Positions 39,401 through 51,600 of a stretch of DNA of 64,000 bases are shown here, piece by piece. Origin of the DNA: Sphyrna mokarran (lineage: Eukaryota); NCBI GenBank assembly GCA_024679065.1, contig JAGIQG010000013.1, positions 41,230,001 to 41,294,000 on the forward strand. The letters are read 5' to 3'. Numbering within the stretch: the first letter of the stretch is position 1; every line of letters starts with the position of its first letter. Under the pieces are notes generated by a model that was given only the letters and a program-made list of their open reading frames with translations, did not search any database and was not told where the DNA came from. Made by a program: the position numbers and the translations under genes.

Positions 39401-40704
39401 ATTGTAACACTTGCCTCTAAGGATTAACTTCAATGTTTTGAACTACCTCCAGCTTGTGACTGTATATGCAAATCTGCCAATTTCTCCCTGCTGTATGTCT
39501 CATTCATTTGGTGGCAACTACTAAGATTGGCTAACTCAAACAGTACAAATATTATTAGTTATGTGACTTTTTAGTTGAATAACCAGGAGATTTATGTACA
39601 AGTTCTATTTATGTTGCTTCATTATTGGGTTTGTAGTGAGTATTGATGTCCAAATCTAATTATTTTGGCAAGTATCATTCCCTCTTCATTTGTAGCGAAA
39701 GAATCAATATTAATACATTACCTTTGGTAATAATACTACTGATGACTTGAGGTCCACTTGAATTTTTTTAAAGCCACACAGGAGTGCCAGTTAAATGAAG
39801 TAAAATGTGCAATTTTCCATTCCTTTATCTTCTCCCTCCTAAAACATCACTTGTTGTGACCCTAGTAAAAACTTTTACCTCATCAAGCACAATCTGTAAA
39901 AAAAAGTAATCAATTTAATATTTAAAAAGTGCCAAATTAAAACAGAAGGCACAATGAATCCACACAATGGAAGGAGAATCTTGGAGGGGTGATTCAAAGT
40001 CTGTTTAAAAAAGGTGGGGCAGGATTTTTCAGAAGGCAGGATTTCCTGCTCTGCTACTTGAAGAGTTGGAGGGGAATGCAACCCTACCAATTACAGCAGC
40101 CCCAAATCACAATTGGTTGGAATTAGGACGTCTGCCTCTCATTCGGGCAGAGGTTCAGCCTCAGAGAACAGCCAGGCAATCCAATTGGCCAGCAGCATTA
40201 TAGTCCCAGCAGTGGCAATGGTGACCAGGATTGGAACTACAAGCAGTTCCCAAATTCAAAGTGCTGGAATCCATGTAAGTGTGAGTTGGATTCACAGGAG
40301 GGAGAGTAGGTGAGACCCAGGACTGAACTTGTTCCTGAAATAGGCATTAGTTCCTTCGCCTATACCAGATTGCATTCAGGAATTTTACTCTACATGCAAC
40401 TGAAATAGCAATCCTCAATGGGACCACTGCAACTGATAAGTAAGGGGTATTATAATTTTACCTATACGTACAGCAGCGCTGAAGACTATTGCTGGCCTGA
40501 GCTCTGCCTTCTTTCACTTTGTCCTCACTCCCTTGATGATTGTTTCACTGCATGAGGGAAACAGCCAAAAGTGCAGTGGATCAAAATTTAATTCCTCCTG
40601 ATTGCTAAACTCCCTGGGATGGCCTAGCAGCATAACTGAGGCCTGAAGCCTAAAATCATGTCTATGCATTCCAATACAAGAAGTGGAAGAAATTTCTACG
40701 ATGA

Positions 40705-40990
40705 GAACAATTTGTACTCATGTAGCATTTTCAATCTAAAAAAAAAGTTCCAAGATGCTTCACGGGACTATTATAAAGTAAAATTTGTCAGTGAGCATAT
40801 AAGGTGATACTTGGGCCAACGGTCAACATTTTGATCAAAGAAATAGATTTTATGAAGCACTTAAAAGGAAGATGTGGCAGTAGAGCGTTAGGGGAGTTTA
40901 GATGAGAAATTACAGAGATTAGGGCAGTTGAAGGTATAGCCAGCAGATTTGGAGCAATTAAAACTGACAATGCTCAAGAAGTCAGAATTT
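40705..40990 (-). mobile_element. L2-type LINE 3' end
   Basis: Minus strand has ccttttaagtgcttcataaaatctatttctttgatcaaaatgtt and terminal gtgaagcatcttggaac...atgctacatgagtacaaattgtt. A similar fragment lies at ~750-900. Confidence 0.6.
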
Positions 40991-42414
40991 CCATCAGGTA
41001 TCCTTCTCTTTTGCCCCACATAGAATTGGGACTTGTGCTAAGAATAGGACTTCCATCAATACATCTTTAAAAGTGATATATAACTGCCTGTCCATTTGCT
41101 TTCTGCCAGGGGTTAACACTCAACTCTGAGTTAGAATGTTTGTTGACTCAAACACTACTCTAGAGACTTTAGTGCAGAATTTAGTCTGACACTGTCTTGT
41201 GGAAGGTCCTTTCTTTGGGATGAAACTGTCAGATCGTCATTACAATGAAGTCACACTGCAGAGATACATATTTTCTGTGAAGCCCCAAATTCCAGAGGGA
41301 GGACTGGGCATTTGAATTTGGCAGGAGTCCCAAAAATCACTTCAAATGCAAACATAATTTCCCGTGGGAACTTCCACTGGTGCCCACCATGGCAGGCCAG
41401 GAAACACACTGGAGGATGGCATGATTTGCATTCCACTAACAGGATGCGGGCGAACACCTGTGGAAATTTTATCCATGCCTAATTCTCCATGACACTAGTC
41501 CAGAACTCACCTGAACAATGCCTGTGCCTGCTTCCAAAGTTCATGTTGGAGGCAAGCGATTTCCTGTATGTGCTTTCAGAAATACATCAAATCAATTAGG
41601 TGAGTAACCACAGAATGACTAACAAGATAATTACATGTCAAGTATTGAAGCAGCGCTATGAAGGTATTGAAAATGTTATAAAAGGAATGCAGAGGTTGGT
41701 AAGCAGCTGAAAAAATGTTTTAATCTTTAGAATTATACACAACATGGAGGAGATGCAGAAACACAACTAAGTATTTTCACAACTTACTGAGCTCTGCAAC
41801 CTTAACACATAGCAGGGCAAAATAATATTTGAACACAAACATTCTAATTTATTATTTTTGGTGTATAGCCCATAAATTGATTACACCATAAAATGGGTGT
41901 GTTCTCAGTAACATTGCCGACTGCCTGAGTCATTATGAGCTGGCTGCATCAATTTCACATGCTCCTTTCAATAACCTGAACAGTCCATTTTCTCTTCCTC
42001 CTGCTGACCTGGTGGTGTAGCTGGACCCTCATTATTGCAAAATTATATAACAGGTAGCATGATCACAAATCTGAATATTCACTCATGATCTGACTGAGAA
42101 GTGTCTTGCAAACAATCCAGACAATAGAATCATTACTTGAGCACATCTACTACTGCTTGATGATATCCTTATTGGCAGTATGATTCTTGTGAAAAGATAG
42201 CTCTGTGGCTGTGCCTGGACTCCTGACAGTTGAGTAACAAACCATTTTCAAAGAGAAAAGCTTTTGTCACCTGCCACTAAGCTTGTGATCTGATGGCATG
42301 GTTGGAATAAAGGCAGCATCAAGCATTGGCAATGACGAATAAATCATAACAGCCACTAGGAGACCAGCCACCTCCAAGAGAATGTATTGTTTCTGGTAGG
42401 AATCTAAAAGCAAG

Positions 42415-42712
42415 GTCATTTATTAGTCACAAGTAGACTTACATTAATACTCAATGAAGTTACTATGAAAATCCCCTATTTGCCCCATTCCAACGCCTGT
42501 TCGGTACACCGGAGGGAGAATTTGCACAGCCAATGCACCTAACCAGCACGTCTTTTAAACTGTGCAAGGAAACCAATGCACCTGGAGGAAACCCACACAG
42601 ACATGGGGAGTATGTGCAATCTCCACACAGCCAGTGACCCACGCTGGGCATTGAACCTAGATCCCTCGTGCTGGAAGGCAGCAGCATTAACCACTGTGCC
42701 ACTGTGCTGCCA
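42415..42712 (-). mobile_element. tRNA-derived SINE (alternative-tail subfamily), near full length
   Basis: Minus strand has A box tggcacagtgg and B-box-like ggttcaatgcc. Tail ggtgtaccgaacaggcgttgg...gtctacttgtgactaataaa. Confidence 0.9.
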
Positions 42713-42914
42713 TATGTTGAAACAGTGGACTCCCTATTTGTTGAGAAAGATGCCAGGGTGATAATGGAACCATGCTAGCCAAGTAGCAGAGGATTAAGGC
42801 AGTTTGGACCTGGCATGGAAAAGAGCCAATTTCTCTTATAGTACGTTTGCTCTGCTTTCTGGATGCCATGTCCACCGCAAGATCTCATCTTCTGATTTTC
42901 CCTGCCCCTCACTT

Positions 42915-43156
42915 GTGATGTGCCGAGTTTCCCGCCCTCTCAACAGATTTTAATAAACGTTAATAATTACCGGACTTCTCTGTCATATCGTGCCACCCCC
43001 CCCCCCTCCTGCGCATTTCAATTCCTCATTATGTCAGCGAACCTTACAACTGCTTTTTAAAAATGTGAAGCAGTTGGGGGAAAACCACTGGGGGCACACA
43101 GTGAAGGATAGTCGTCGGGTAGGGGAAGGGGGGGCGGGGAGGATAGGGGGTGCTAA

Positions 43157-43207
<51 letters not shown>

Positions 43208-43580
43208 ATAATGTTTTTCAGCACAGAAGGAGTTAGTATATCAATTCTATCCTGCCCCACCACCATAACCTTATGGGCCTCAACTCCAGCTTTTTTGTGC
43301 ACAGGTCTAGATTACCTTGACAGAAAACCCAGCTGCGCCATGGTTTACTCGCCTCAGCCATCACTGTGCACTTAGTAAAAAAATTCTGCCCCCCGTGATA
43401 TAATCAGGGTAATCAGTTAATGAAGGCAGTCTGGAGGCAGTCATTACAGAGTGAAACATTACAAACATTTGCCTCCTAACAACCACACCAGTTTAATAAG
43501 TGTTTCTTAATGTATGTTCCAGTGAAATCCTAATTAATACCATACCAGCTGCATACAATTATTATACAGTTTACATATGG
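42915..43580. promoter_or_regulatory. Candidate conserved non-coding element / enhancer
   Basis: No recognisable TE, locally retained CpGs, and dense TAAT/ATTA motifs (tataatcagggtaatcagttaatg; cctaattaatacc). Conservation not tested. Confidence 0.4.
43159..43202 (+). repeat. (GT)22 microsatellite
   Basis: Perfect dinucleotide run read directly. Confidence 0.98.
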
Positions 43581-44639
43581 AAGAGCTTAACTTAGTATTG
43601 TAGGTGGTGTATTTTCGGTAGGGAATGAGGGTATACATAGTTCTAAATTTTATACCAAAAACTGGGCTTAGTGCATGAATTTCTAATTTAATCTTCTAGT
43701 TCTAAAAACTAACCATTATTGCACCTTAAGGAATTGACAAGATGAATGAATTAGCTCATCAGTCAAATGCTCTTGGTGCTACAATGGTGAATCATTGAGA
43801 TTTGTTCTATCCAAATTCTTCAAATGTTTTTAGGTCCCAATGGGCCAATCACAACTCTACAGTGGCATTTTAACAGCATTTAAAAGCAGCATAGCTGATT
43901 GATGGAACAGACCTTTCTTCCAGCGGAGGGGTCCCTGATCTCTCCTTGCTACTTCACCTTCTAAAAAAAAGAGAAAATTTCCCCATGGAGAGTGGGAATA
44001 GAGAGGAGAAAGTGGAAGGGACACCAACCAGAGTGATGCTTTGCTATGTAATAGCAACATCTTAACACCAGCAAAAAGGTTTGTATTGACAGTATGGCTA
44101 GCAAATGTAAAATCTGAGAAGAATGTTCCATTAGAGAAACATAATGCTGCTGATACAGTAAGCAAGGGACTCTTCTACCTCGCCTCATAAGATGGTAATA
44201 GTGGGAATGTGCATCTTTTTTATTCCATTGCTCAGCATGTTGGCATATTTGTGTACCACATCAACGTGCTGTTGGTAAGTTATCTCATTTATAATAGGAC
44301 TAATAATTGGATCCCTGTGGAATCCATTCAACAAGTCAGTCAAGCCAAATTTATGTACACTGCAGCAATTTCCTACATCACACTTCCAATTAACCAACAG
44401 TATGCTTATCCTAACAATGTTTCAAAGTACAGCTCCAAGGATTAAATCAACATTGCAGAATTCAGGCCATTGCTCTGAATATCAAGGAAGGTTAATACTT
44501 TATATCCTCAGTTTACATTGAAGTACTATCTAATCTGTGTTTGTTATTTTGTGCAATATTCTTTTTTAAACAAACCATTATATTTAGTCATTTATGTTGT
44601 TAAAAACTATTTAATAAATACATTTACAACCACCAGATA

Positions 44640-45426
44640 TTTATATGGGAAGATCATAGAATGTTACTGTGTAGGAGGTGCCATTTGGTCCATCTTCCAT
44701 GTTCAAAAGCAGCATATCAACTTCACACTCCACATTTTCCTTGTGACCCAGAAAATCTTTTCCTTTTGAGATAGCTAATTTGAGTTTCCTTTTGAAAGTA
44801 ATGATTGAATCAGTCTTTTCCACTCTCAGGTAGCACATTCAAGGTCCTAATTACTACTGCAGAAAAGTACTTGTATACTTGTCACCCTGACTCTTTTACC
44901 ATTCACCTTAAACAGTATCCTCTTGGTTCTTGACTCTTCTACCAATGGTAACATAGAACATTACAGCGCAGTACAGGCCCTTTGGCCCTCGATGGTGTGC
45001 TGACTAGTGGAAACAATCTAGTGACTTCCTAACCTAAACTATTCCAATGTTGTCCATATGCCTACCCACTGACCACTTGAACACTCTCAAAGTTGGCAAG
45101 TCCACAACTGCTGCAGGCAGGGCATTCCACGCCCTTACTACCCTCTGAGTAAAGAACCTACCTCTGACATCCGTCCTATAACTACCACCCCTTAATTTAA
45201 AGCTATGTCCCCTCGTGTTAGCCATCACCATCCGAGGAAAAAGGTTCTCACTGTCCACCCGATCTAACCCTCTGATCATCTTGTATCTCTCAATTAGGTC
45301 ATCTCTTAACCTTCTTCTTTCTAATGAAAATAACCTCAAATCCCTCAGACTCTCCTCTAACAATTTCTTGCAATCCATTCTGTCTAGACCCTTTATAATA
45401 TTGAACACATCTCCTCTCAACTGCAT
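44640..45426 (-). mobile_element. Nested CR1 fragments (younger copy 44951-45350 inside an older copy)
   Basis: ORF 45034..45426 carries the RGD..IKGLDR.D motif twice: LRGDVFNIIKGLDRMD, then LFSLERRRLRDDLIERYKMIRGLDRVD...FFTQRVVRAWNALP. The older copy resumes at 44950. 'taaca' occurs at both junctions. Confidence 0.85.
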
Positions 45427-45431
45427 TTAGA

Positions 45432-46240
45432 ACTTTGTGTACAGTTTTGGTCCCCTTACTTAAGGAGGATATAGTTGCATTTGACTTACAAAAAGAGAGA
45501 TTAGACAGGTTAGGCCTAAATCCTCTGCAGTTTAAAAGAATGAGAGGAGATCAAAGTAAAGTGTGTATGATGATATGGAGGATTGACAAAGTAAATTTGA
45601 ATCATAGAATGCCTATAGGAAGGAAGCCATTTGGCTCATCGAGCCTACACTGATCACAATCCCACCCAGGTCCTTAACTGCATAACCCCATGCATTGATC
45701 CTAGCTAATTCTTCTGACACTACATAGCAATTTAGCCTGCCCAATCCACCTACATCTTTGGTCTGTGGGAGAAACTGGAGCACCCAGAGGAAATCCGTGC
45801 AGATATGGGGAGAATGTACAAACTCCACATAGACAATGACCCAAGGGGGAATCGAACCCAAGTCCTTGGCGTTGTGAGACAGTAGTGCTAACCACCATGT
45901 CTTAGAGAGGAGGTTTCATCTTGTATGGCAATCTAGAGCAAGAGGTCATGGTTTTAAGGTCATGGTATCATATTTAAAACCAGAGATGAGGAGAAATGAC
46001 TTCTCTCAAAGGGTTGAGAGTCTGTGGAATTTGCCAGCCCAGAGCTGGTTGCTGCCTGTACTTTGAATAAATTTAAGGAAGTGATGGACAGATTTTTATG
46101 TGTAAGGGTTTAGAGGGCAATGGTGAATGGGCAGGAAAGTGAAGTTGAGGCAGAGATGAGATCAGCCATGAATGTATTAAATGGGGAAGCAGGCTCGAAG
46201 GGCTGAATTGCCTATTCCTGCTCCTAGTTCTTATGATTCG
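45432..46240 (+). mobile_element. CR1 3' fragment interrupted by a SINE
   Basis: CVQFWSP-like tgtgtacagttttggtcccc and RLDRLGL...KRMRGD. It resumes at 45900 with ttctctcaaagggttgagagtctgtggaat and the CR1 3' UTR. Confidence 0.8.
45598..45900 (-). mobile_element. HE1-type SINE (CR1/HER1 tail)
   Basis: Minus strand has B box ggttcgattcc, the shared central block and tail ggctcgatgagccaaatggcttccttcctatagg. Confidence 0.85.
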
Positions 46241-47570
46241 TATAAACCTTCTCTTCTCCAAGGAAAACTACCCCAGCCTCGATAATCTATCCAGATAACT
46301 CAATGTTGGGAACTACTTCTGTAAATCTTTTCTGTATCACCTCCAATGTCTTCCTTTCTAAAGTGTCATGCCCAGAATTGAACACAATACTTTAGTTGAA
46401 GACAAATCAATGCTATAAAATTTTTTTATACATGTTCACTATTTTACTTCCTTGTTTTTGTACACTATGCTTCCACATAAAGCCTAGGGTCCCTTATGCC
46501 TTAAAATCACTTTTTTAAACTGCCCTGCAAGCTTCAACAATTTGTGCATCTGTCTCCCAATTTTTTCTACTCCTGCGTTCCCTTTAGAACTACATATATT
46601 TTATATTGCTCTCCTTGTTCTTCCTACCATAATACATCACTCACCCTTCTCTGCGTCTGCCCATCTGTTCTACCAGCCTATGACCATGTCCTTTAACATA
46701 CCTCCTCACAATTCACAATACTTCTAAGTTCCGCATTATCTGCAGATTTTGAACTTATGTCAAGCACATGCAAGTCATTTATATATATTAACAAAAAGCA
46801 GTATTCCTAATACCCTAGAGAAGCCCCTGGAGTACATTCTTCCAGTTCGCGAAAGAACTATTCAATATACTCTGTTTCTTATCATTCAACCAACTTTGTA
46901 TCTATGTTACTACTGTCACTTTTATTCTATGGGCTTCAACTTTTCTGACAAACTCATCATGCGGAACCTTATCAATTACCTTTTGGAAGTTCATGTATCA
47001 CATAAAACTCGTCAATCCTTTTCATTACTTCATAGTGAGACTCAACTAAGTTAACAAAAAAAGGTATTTGTCTGTAACAAATCCATGCTTGCTTCTGTTA
47101 ATTAAGCTACATTTGCTCATATGACTGTTAATTGTGTCTCTGATTTTCATTTCTAAAATCTTTCCCACCAGTAAGAGTGGCCTGAAATTGCAGGAGTTAT
47201 CCTACCATCCATTTTTGCAATTCTCCAATCCAATAGCACCACTGTAACTAAGAAGAATTGATGGTTATGGCTACTGCCTCAGCAAACTTCACCCTCCTCC
47301 TTTCAATATCGGGGATGCGTTGAAGCTGATCCTAGACACTTTCCAACTTTAAATACAACCAGCCTAAGTAACACCTCTTCTATCAATTTTTAACCAATTC
47401 AGTGTCTCAACTACTTCCTCCTTCACTACGATTTTGGCAGCATTGTCTTTCTTAGCAAAGACAGATTATGCAAAGTATTCATTTAATCCCTGAGAAATGC
47501 TCTTTGCTTCCTTAGTTCCCTTTTTGGTGTCCAATTTATCTATCACTATTTATATACCTTTGGAAGATTT
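46240..47570 (-). mobile_element. Old CR1 LINE ORF2 fragment
   Basis: Minus strand has atgaacttccaaaaggtaattgataaggttccgcat (DFQKAFDKVPH) and agtattgtgttcaattctggg (YCVQFW). Confidence 0.8.
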
Positions 47571-48256
47571 TTGTAGCAACACTGAAGTGCTATAAGAAAT
47601 TTAGTTCTCCGAGAAAGCTGAGAGTACTCAAACAGTTTCGGTAGACTTTTTGGACAGAAAGACAGGTTGATGTTTTTGGTGTAACACTGAGCAAGAAATA
47701 TGTGAAAGTTAGTCTATCTTTTTCTCCAAAGCTGCTGGTTGATTAACCTGTGCACTGTATTACAAGAATGTTGTATTTTGGTGTCAGGTTTCCAACTTCT
47801 GCCTGCCTTTTAAAACACATCTTAATGCCATTATCTGTGGTTTCTGTGAGAACTATTTATTTCTACCTCAAGCAGTTTTAACAGCTGACCTTTTGAATCA
47901 AAATAACTTGCAAAACTGGTCCAACCGTCACAGCCCTGACGCTCCAGTGAGTCATGAAAAAATTTAGGATTGCATCAACCATCTCTGTGTCATTAAGTGA
48001 TAGCAAATCAATAGATTCGTGGGCAGTGTGATTCTAGTTGGACAAGTGGCTGCTAAGTTTTAGTGCCCTGAACAGCATCATTTTAACAAGTTTAACTTAT
48101 AATATTACAGTACAGGAATCAGTCAAGTGCTCCAGTTCGAGGTAGTGTCCATGAATCCTTGGTCTAATTCTATTGTCCTGTTCACACCCCATAACATTTC
48201 TGTTTCAGCAAAGTCACATTTAAATAATTAGTGGACTCTTGCTTCAATGATTTTCA

Positions 48257-48718
48257 TAGAATCCCTATACTGTAGAAAGAGACCATTTGATCCGTTGAGT
48301 CTGCACTGAAAACAATCTCACCCAGGCCTTATCTCTGTTGCCCCATATATTCACCCTGCTAATCCTTCTAAGCTATGCATCCTGGGACACTAAAATGTGG
48401 CCTCTTTAAGACTTGACTAGCAGGTTAGTTGTAAAGACTCGCATCCTAATCAGTAATCTGTGAACTGTCTGTGCTGTTATATGCTCTGTCTGTGGCCAGA
48501 AGACCTCATTCACCTGATGAAGGAGCAAACCCTGAAAGCTTGCGAGTTTACTATCAAATAAATTGGTTGGACTTAAACCTGGTGTTGTGAGACTTCTTAC
48601 TGTACTTACCAACGCCAGCATCTTCACATCAAACTCCACATAGCCAGTGATCCAAGCCAGGAATTGAACCTAGGTCCCTGAAGCTGTGAGGCAGCAGTGC
48701 TAACCACTGTGCCACCTT
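48257..48718 (-). mobile_element. HE1-type SINE interrupted by a PLE fragment
   Basis: Head tggcacagtggttagcactgctgcctcacagc...ggttcaattcc at 48632-48716 and tail at 48257-48395. The central part is missing where the PLE sits. Confidence 0.8.
48405..48631 (+). mobile_element. Penelope-like terminal repeat fragment with a hammerhead motif
   Basis: CAC-CTGATGA-AGGAGCAAACCCT-GAAA-GCTT-GCG at 48511-48544, followed by the same ttggacttaaacctggtgttgtgagacttcttact block and a tail. Confidence 0.8.
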
Positions 48719-49059
48719 TCTGCGATTTTGCAGCAGAATTCAAATGTTCAACCACCCTCAGTTTTTTTCTAATCTCCACATTATGATTTTCTGCTTTTTA
48801 TCCTGTAAAACTTTTGCCTAATTTTAGATCATTTAGAAGGTGTGTCCCAACACTCTTATTGCTTTTGATCACTAAACTTGATGGCCAGCTAAGTCTTTGT
48901 TAACACACTCAAGGCAAACAAAGTAGTGTTATTAAATTACAAACTCAACAAAAAGATGAACAAGCCAAAAACCTGCTGATTGAATCTTATCATGTTTACA
49001 ACTCATCCAAGCTGAAACAAATCAGAATCAAAAGACTGGAATAACATTTTGTAACCATA

Positions 49060-49320
49060 ATTCATCATCCCTTTTTGTCCTCCCTTGAATGCCTCTCCTC
49101 CAATACTCAGCCTGATGGACTGCCCTTACTTGGGTCTAATAATATCTATCCAATTGTGGTCAAAGCATCTCTACCATTAAGTTGATCTCTCACCTCAATC
49201 GTCATCTTCTCTGAAATCCACTGAGGATCCATTTTTCCCGACATTCATTTACCTGCTGCCCCATGTAACACAGATATACGATCAACACTCAAGACTATTT
49301 GTTCAACATTTAATTTTAGA
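49060..49320 (+). mobile_element. Decayed L2-like RT fragment
   Basis: tatctatccaattgtggtcaaagcatc (YLSN.GQSI) and ccactgaggatccattttt...catttacctgctgccc (PQGSI..IYMLP-like). Confidence 0.55.
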
Positions 49321-49619
49321 ATTTGCCAGAAATTTTCTCCAACCGAGGCATTAGCTTCAAATCCGCAAAACATGGAACTCTAACATCATAAACTTCAAAA
49401 CCTGCCACCATTTCAGGCCCCTACATGCTGAACCAATTCTTTTCACCCAAAATAATGCTCCAGACCCATATGCTCTCCATTACAAAGATTGTTTTAACCA
49501 ACACAACATTAAATCAATTTATTTGTGAATTTGAGAATTGACAAAATTCTTCTAGCTATCCTTCCTGTCCTCCACCCTCTATATATTTTAGTTATTCCAA
49601 TTATTCTTTTCTGTCATCA

Positions 49620-49775
49620 TGGCTAATCCACCTAGTCTACTCATCTTTGCACTGTGGGAGAAACCCATGCAAATCTGGGGAGAATGTGCACATGTACATA
49701 CAGGCAAAGACTGAATCAAATCCAGGTCATTGTGCCATGAGGCAGCAGTGATAGCCACTATGCCACTGTGCTGTC
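49620..49775 (-). mobile_element. tRNA-derived SINE fragment
   Basis: Minus strand cagcacagtggcatagtggctatcactgctgcctcat... followed by a partial central block. Confidence 0.7.
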
Positions 49776-49960
49776 TTTTCTGCGCCACATGTCTGAACTA
49801 CTTTTGGCATGTTGTTACATTAATTTATTACCTATTGTGCATTGACAGACAAGCGTACATAAAACACAAAGGAATCTCATTGAAAGATCACAATCTAAAA
49901 AGAACTCTTCTTTAGAACAGCTTGCTTAATTAACTTATGACTCTGCTTAATCTTGCACAA

Positions 49961-50265
49961 GGATGGCATAGTGGCACAATGGTCAGCACTGCTGCCTCAC
50001 AGCACCAAAGGCCAGAATTCAATTCCTGCTTGGGTCACTGTTTGTGCAGAGTCTGCATGTTCTTCTCAGCTGTACATGGGTTTCCTCTGGATGCTCTAGT
50101 TTCCTCCCACATCCCGAAGGACATGCTGGTTAGGGGCATTGGCTGTGCTAAATTCACTCTTAGTGTACCCAAACAGGCATCGGAGTGTGGCAAGTAGGGA
50201 ATTTTCAATTAACTTCATTGCAGTGTTAATGTAAGCGTACTAGTGACAGTAATAAATAAACTTTA
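49961..50265 (+). mobile_element. tRNA-derived SINE (alternative-tail subfamily), full length
   Basis: A box tggcacaatgg, the central block, and tail agtgtacccaaacaggcatcggagtgtgg...cttcattgcagtgttaatgtaagcgtactagtgacagtaataaa. Confidence 0.9.
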
Positions 50266-50924
50266 AGAAATGTTTATTTCAACACTTCAATAACTGATGC
50301 TCATTTAAACAATTCTCAAGAACTCCATTAGAATGCCAAGATTTAAGATCCATAGCTTCTGAAATGTGGAGGGTATACTCACACTTGTTGAACTAGCGAT
50401 CATTGAATCTTTTTTCTATAATGAATCCTGAGCAAGAAATGATGGTGCTGACATCAACTGTGTCTCAATCATCTCTTTCCAGACCTGCTTAAGACTAATG
50501 CTGCAGGAAAACATATAATTCCCTCTTTGATGGTGGTGGTGGGGAATGGTCACAGGTACTTAAAGCCAAGTTTGACTCAAGGTGACATTCATGAATGTGG
50601 AGACATAGCAGACATTGTTGGCAGCAGCCATTCCAAGTGCTAGTCTCAATTAATGTTTGCAAGTGGGCTGAACATTTTCTGATATATTCTAACTCAATTA
50701 AAACAAAGGTGCACTTCAAATACAGTTGCATCAATCGCTTGCATTTACCAAAATCTGGATGGCTTGTTGGGTGCAGAGTTGAGTCAAAGTGCTGTCCTTC
50801 CCTGCTTCTCCCAGTAATCATCTTAGTTTATCCTTTTCCTGACTGTGCCACAAATACTATGATTAACATTATATCTCTTACAATTGACATGATCCAGCTT
50901 GCCTTTTATTGGTACAGTTGCTGC

Positions 50925-51600
50925 CTTTTAATTTAGTGTCACATGTATTAGTATACCGTGAAAAATATTGTTTCAAGCATGCTATATAAAGCATACCATG
51001 CAAAAAGAAGGAAAGGAGAGGGTGCACAATGTACAGTTATAGCTAGGTTATACGCAGAGATCAAATTAATGTAAAGTAGGTCCATTCAAAAGTTTAATGG
51101 CAGCAGGGAAGAAGCAGTTCTCAAGTTGGTTTTTACCTGTCCTCAGACTTTTGAACCTTTTTCCTCATTGAAGAGAGTATGTCCAGGTTGAGTGAGGTCC
51201 TTGATTATGATGGGTGCTTTTCCAAGGCAGCAGAAATGTTGACAGAGTCAATGAATAGGAGGCTGGTTTGCCTAACGGACTGGGCTTCATTCAAGACATT
51301 TTGTAGCTTCTTGCGGTCTTGGTCAGAGCAGAAGCCATACCAACTTGTGATACATCCAGAATAGTTGCTTTCTATGATATATCTGTAAAAGTTAGTGAGT
51401 GAGAGACATGCCACATTTCTTTAGCCTCCTGAGAAAGTAGAAGCATTGGTGGGCTTTCTTGACTATAGCGTCAGCGTCGAGGGACAAGGATAGATTGGTG
51501 ATTTGGACACTTCAAAACTCTCAATCATTTCCATTTCACCCCCTTTGATGTATGCAGGAGCATGTCCTCCATTACACTTCCTAATGTCAATGATTCTCTC
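50925..51600 (-). mobile_element. Rex1/Babar-type LINE 3' fragment
   Basis: ORF 51205..51414 LTNFYRYIIESNYSGCITSWYGFCSDQDRKKLQ. Same 3' UTR as the other two copies. Confidence 0.85.

Noticed and set aside
45034-45426. 130-aa ORF with an apparent internal repeat
   Set aside because: It is a chimera of two nested CR1 ORF2 fragments, not a gene.
298-48631. Recurring ~40-60-nt repeat considered as a CRISPR-like array
   Set aside because: The copies are dispersed, inverted and TSD-flanked with no regular spacers, in eukaryotic DNA.
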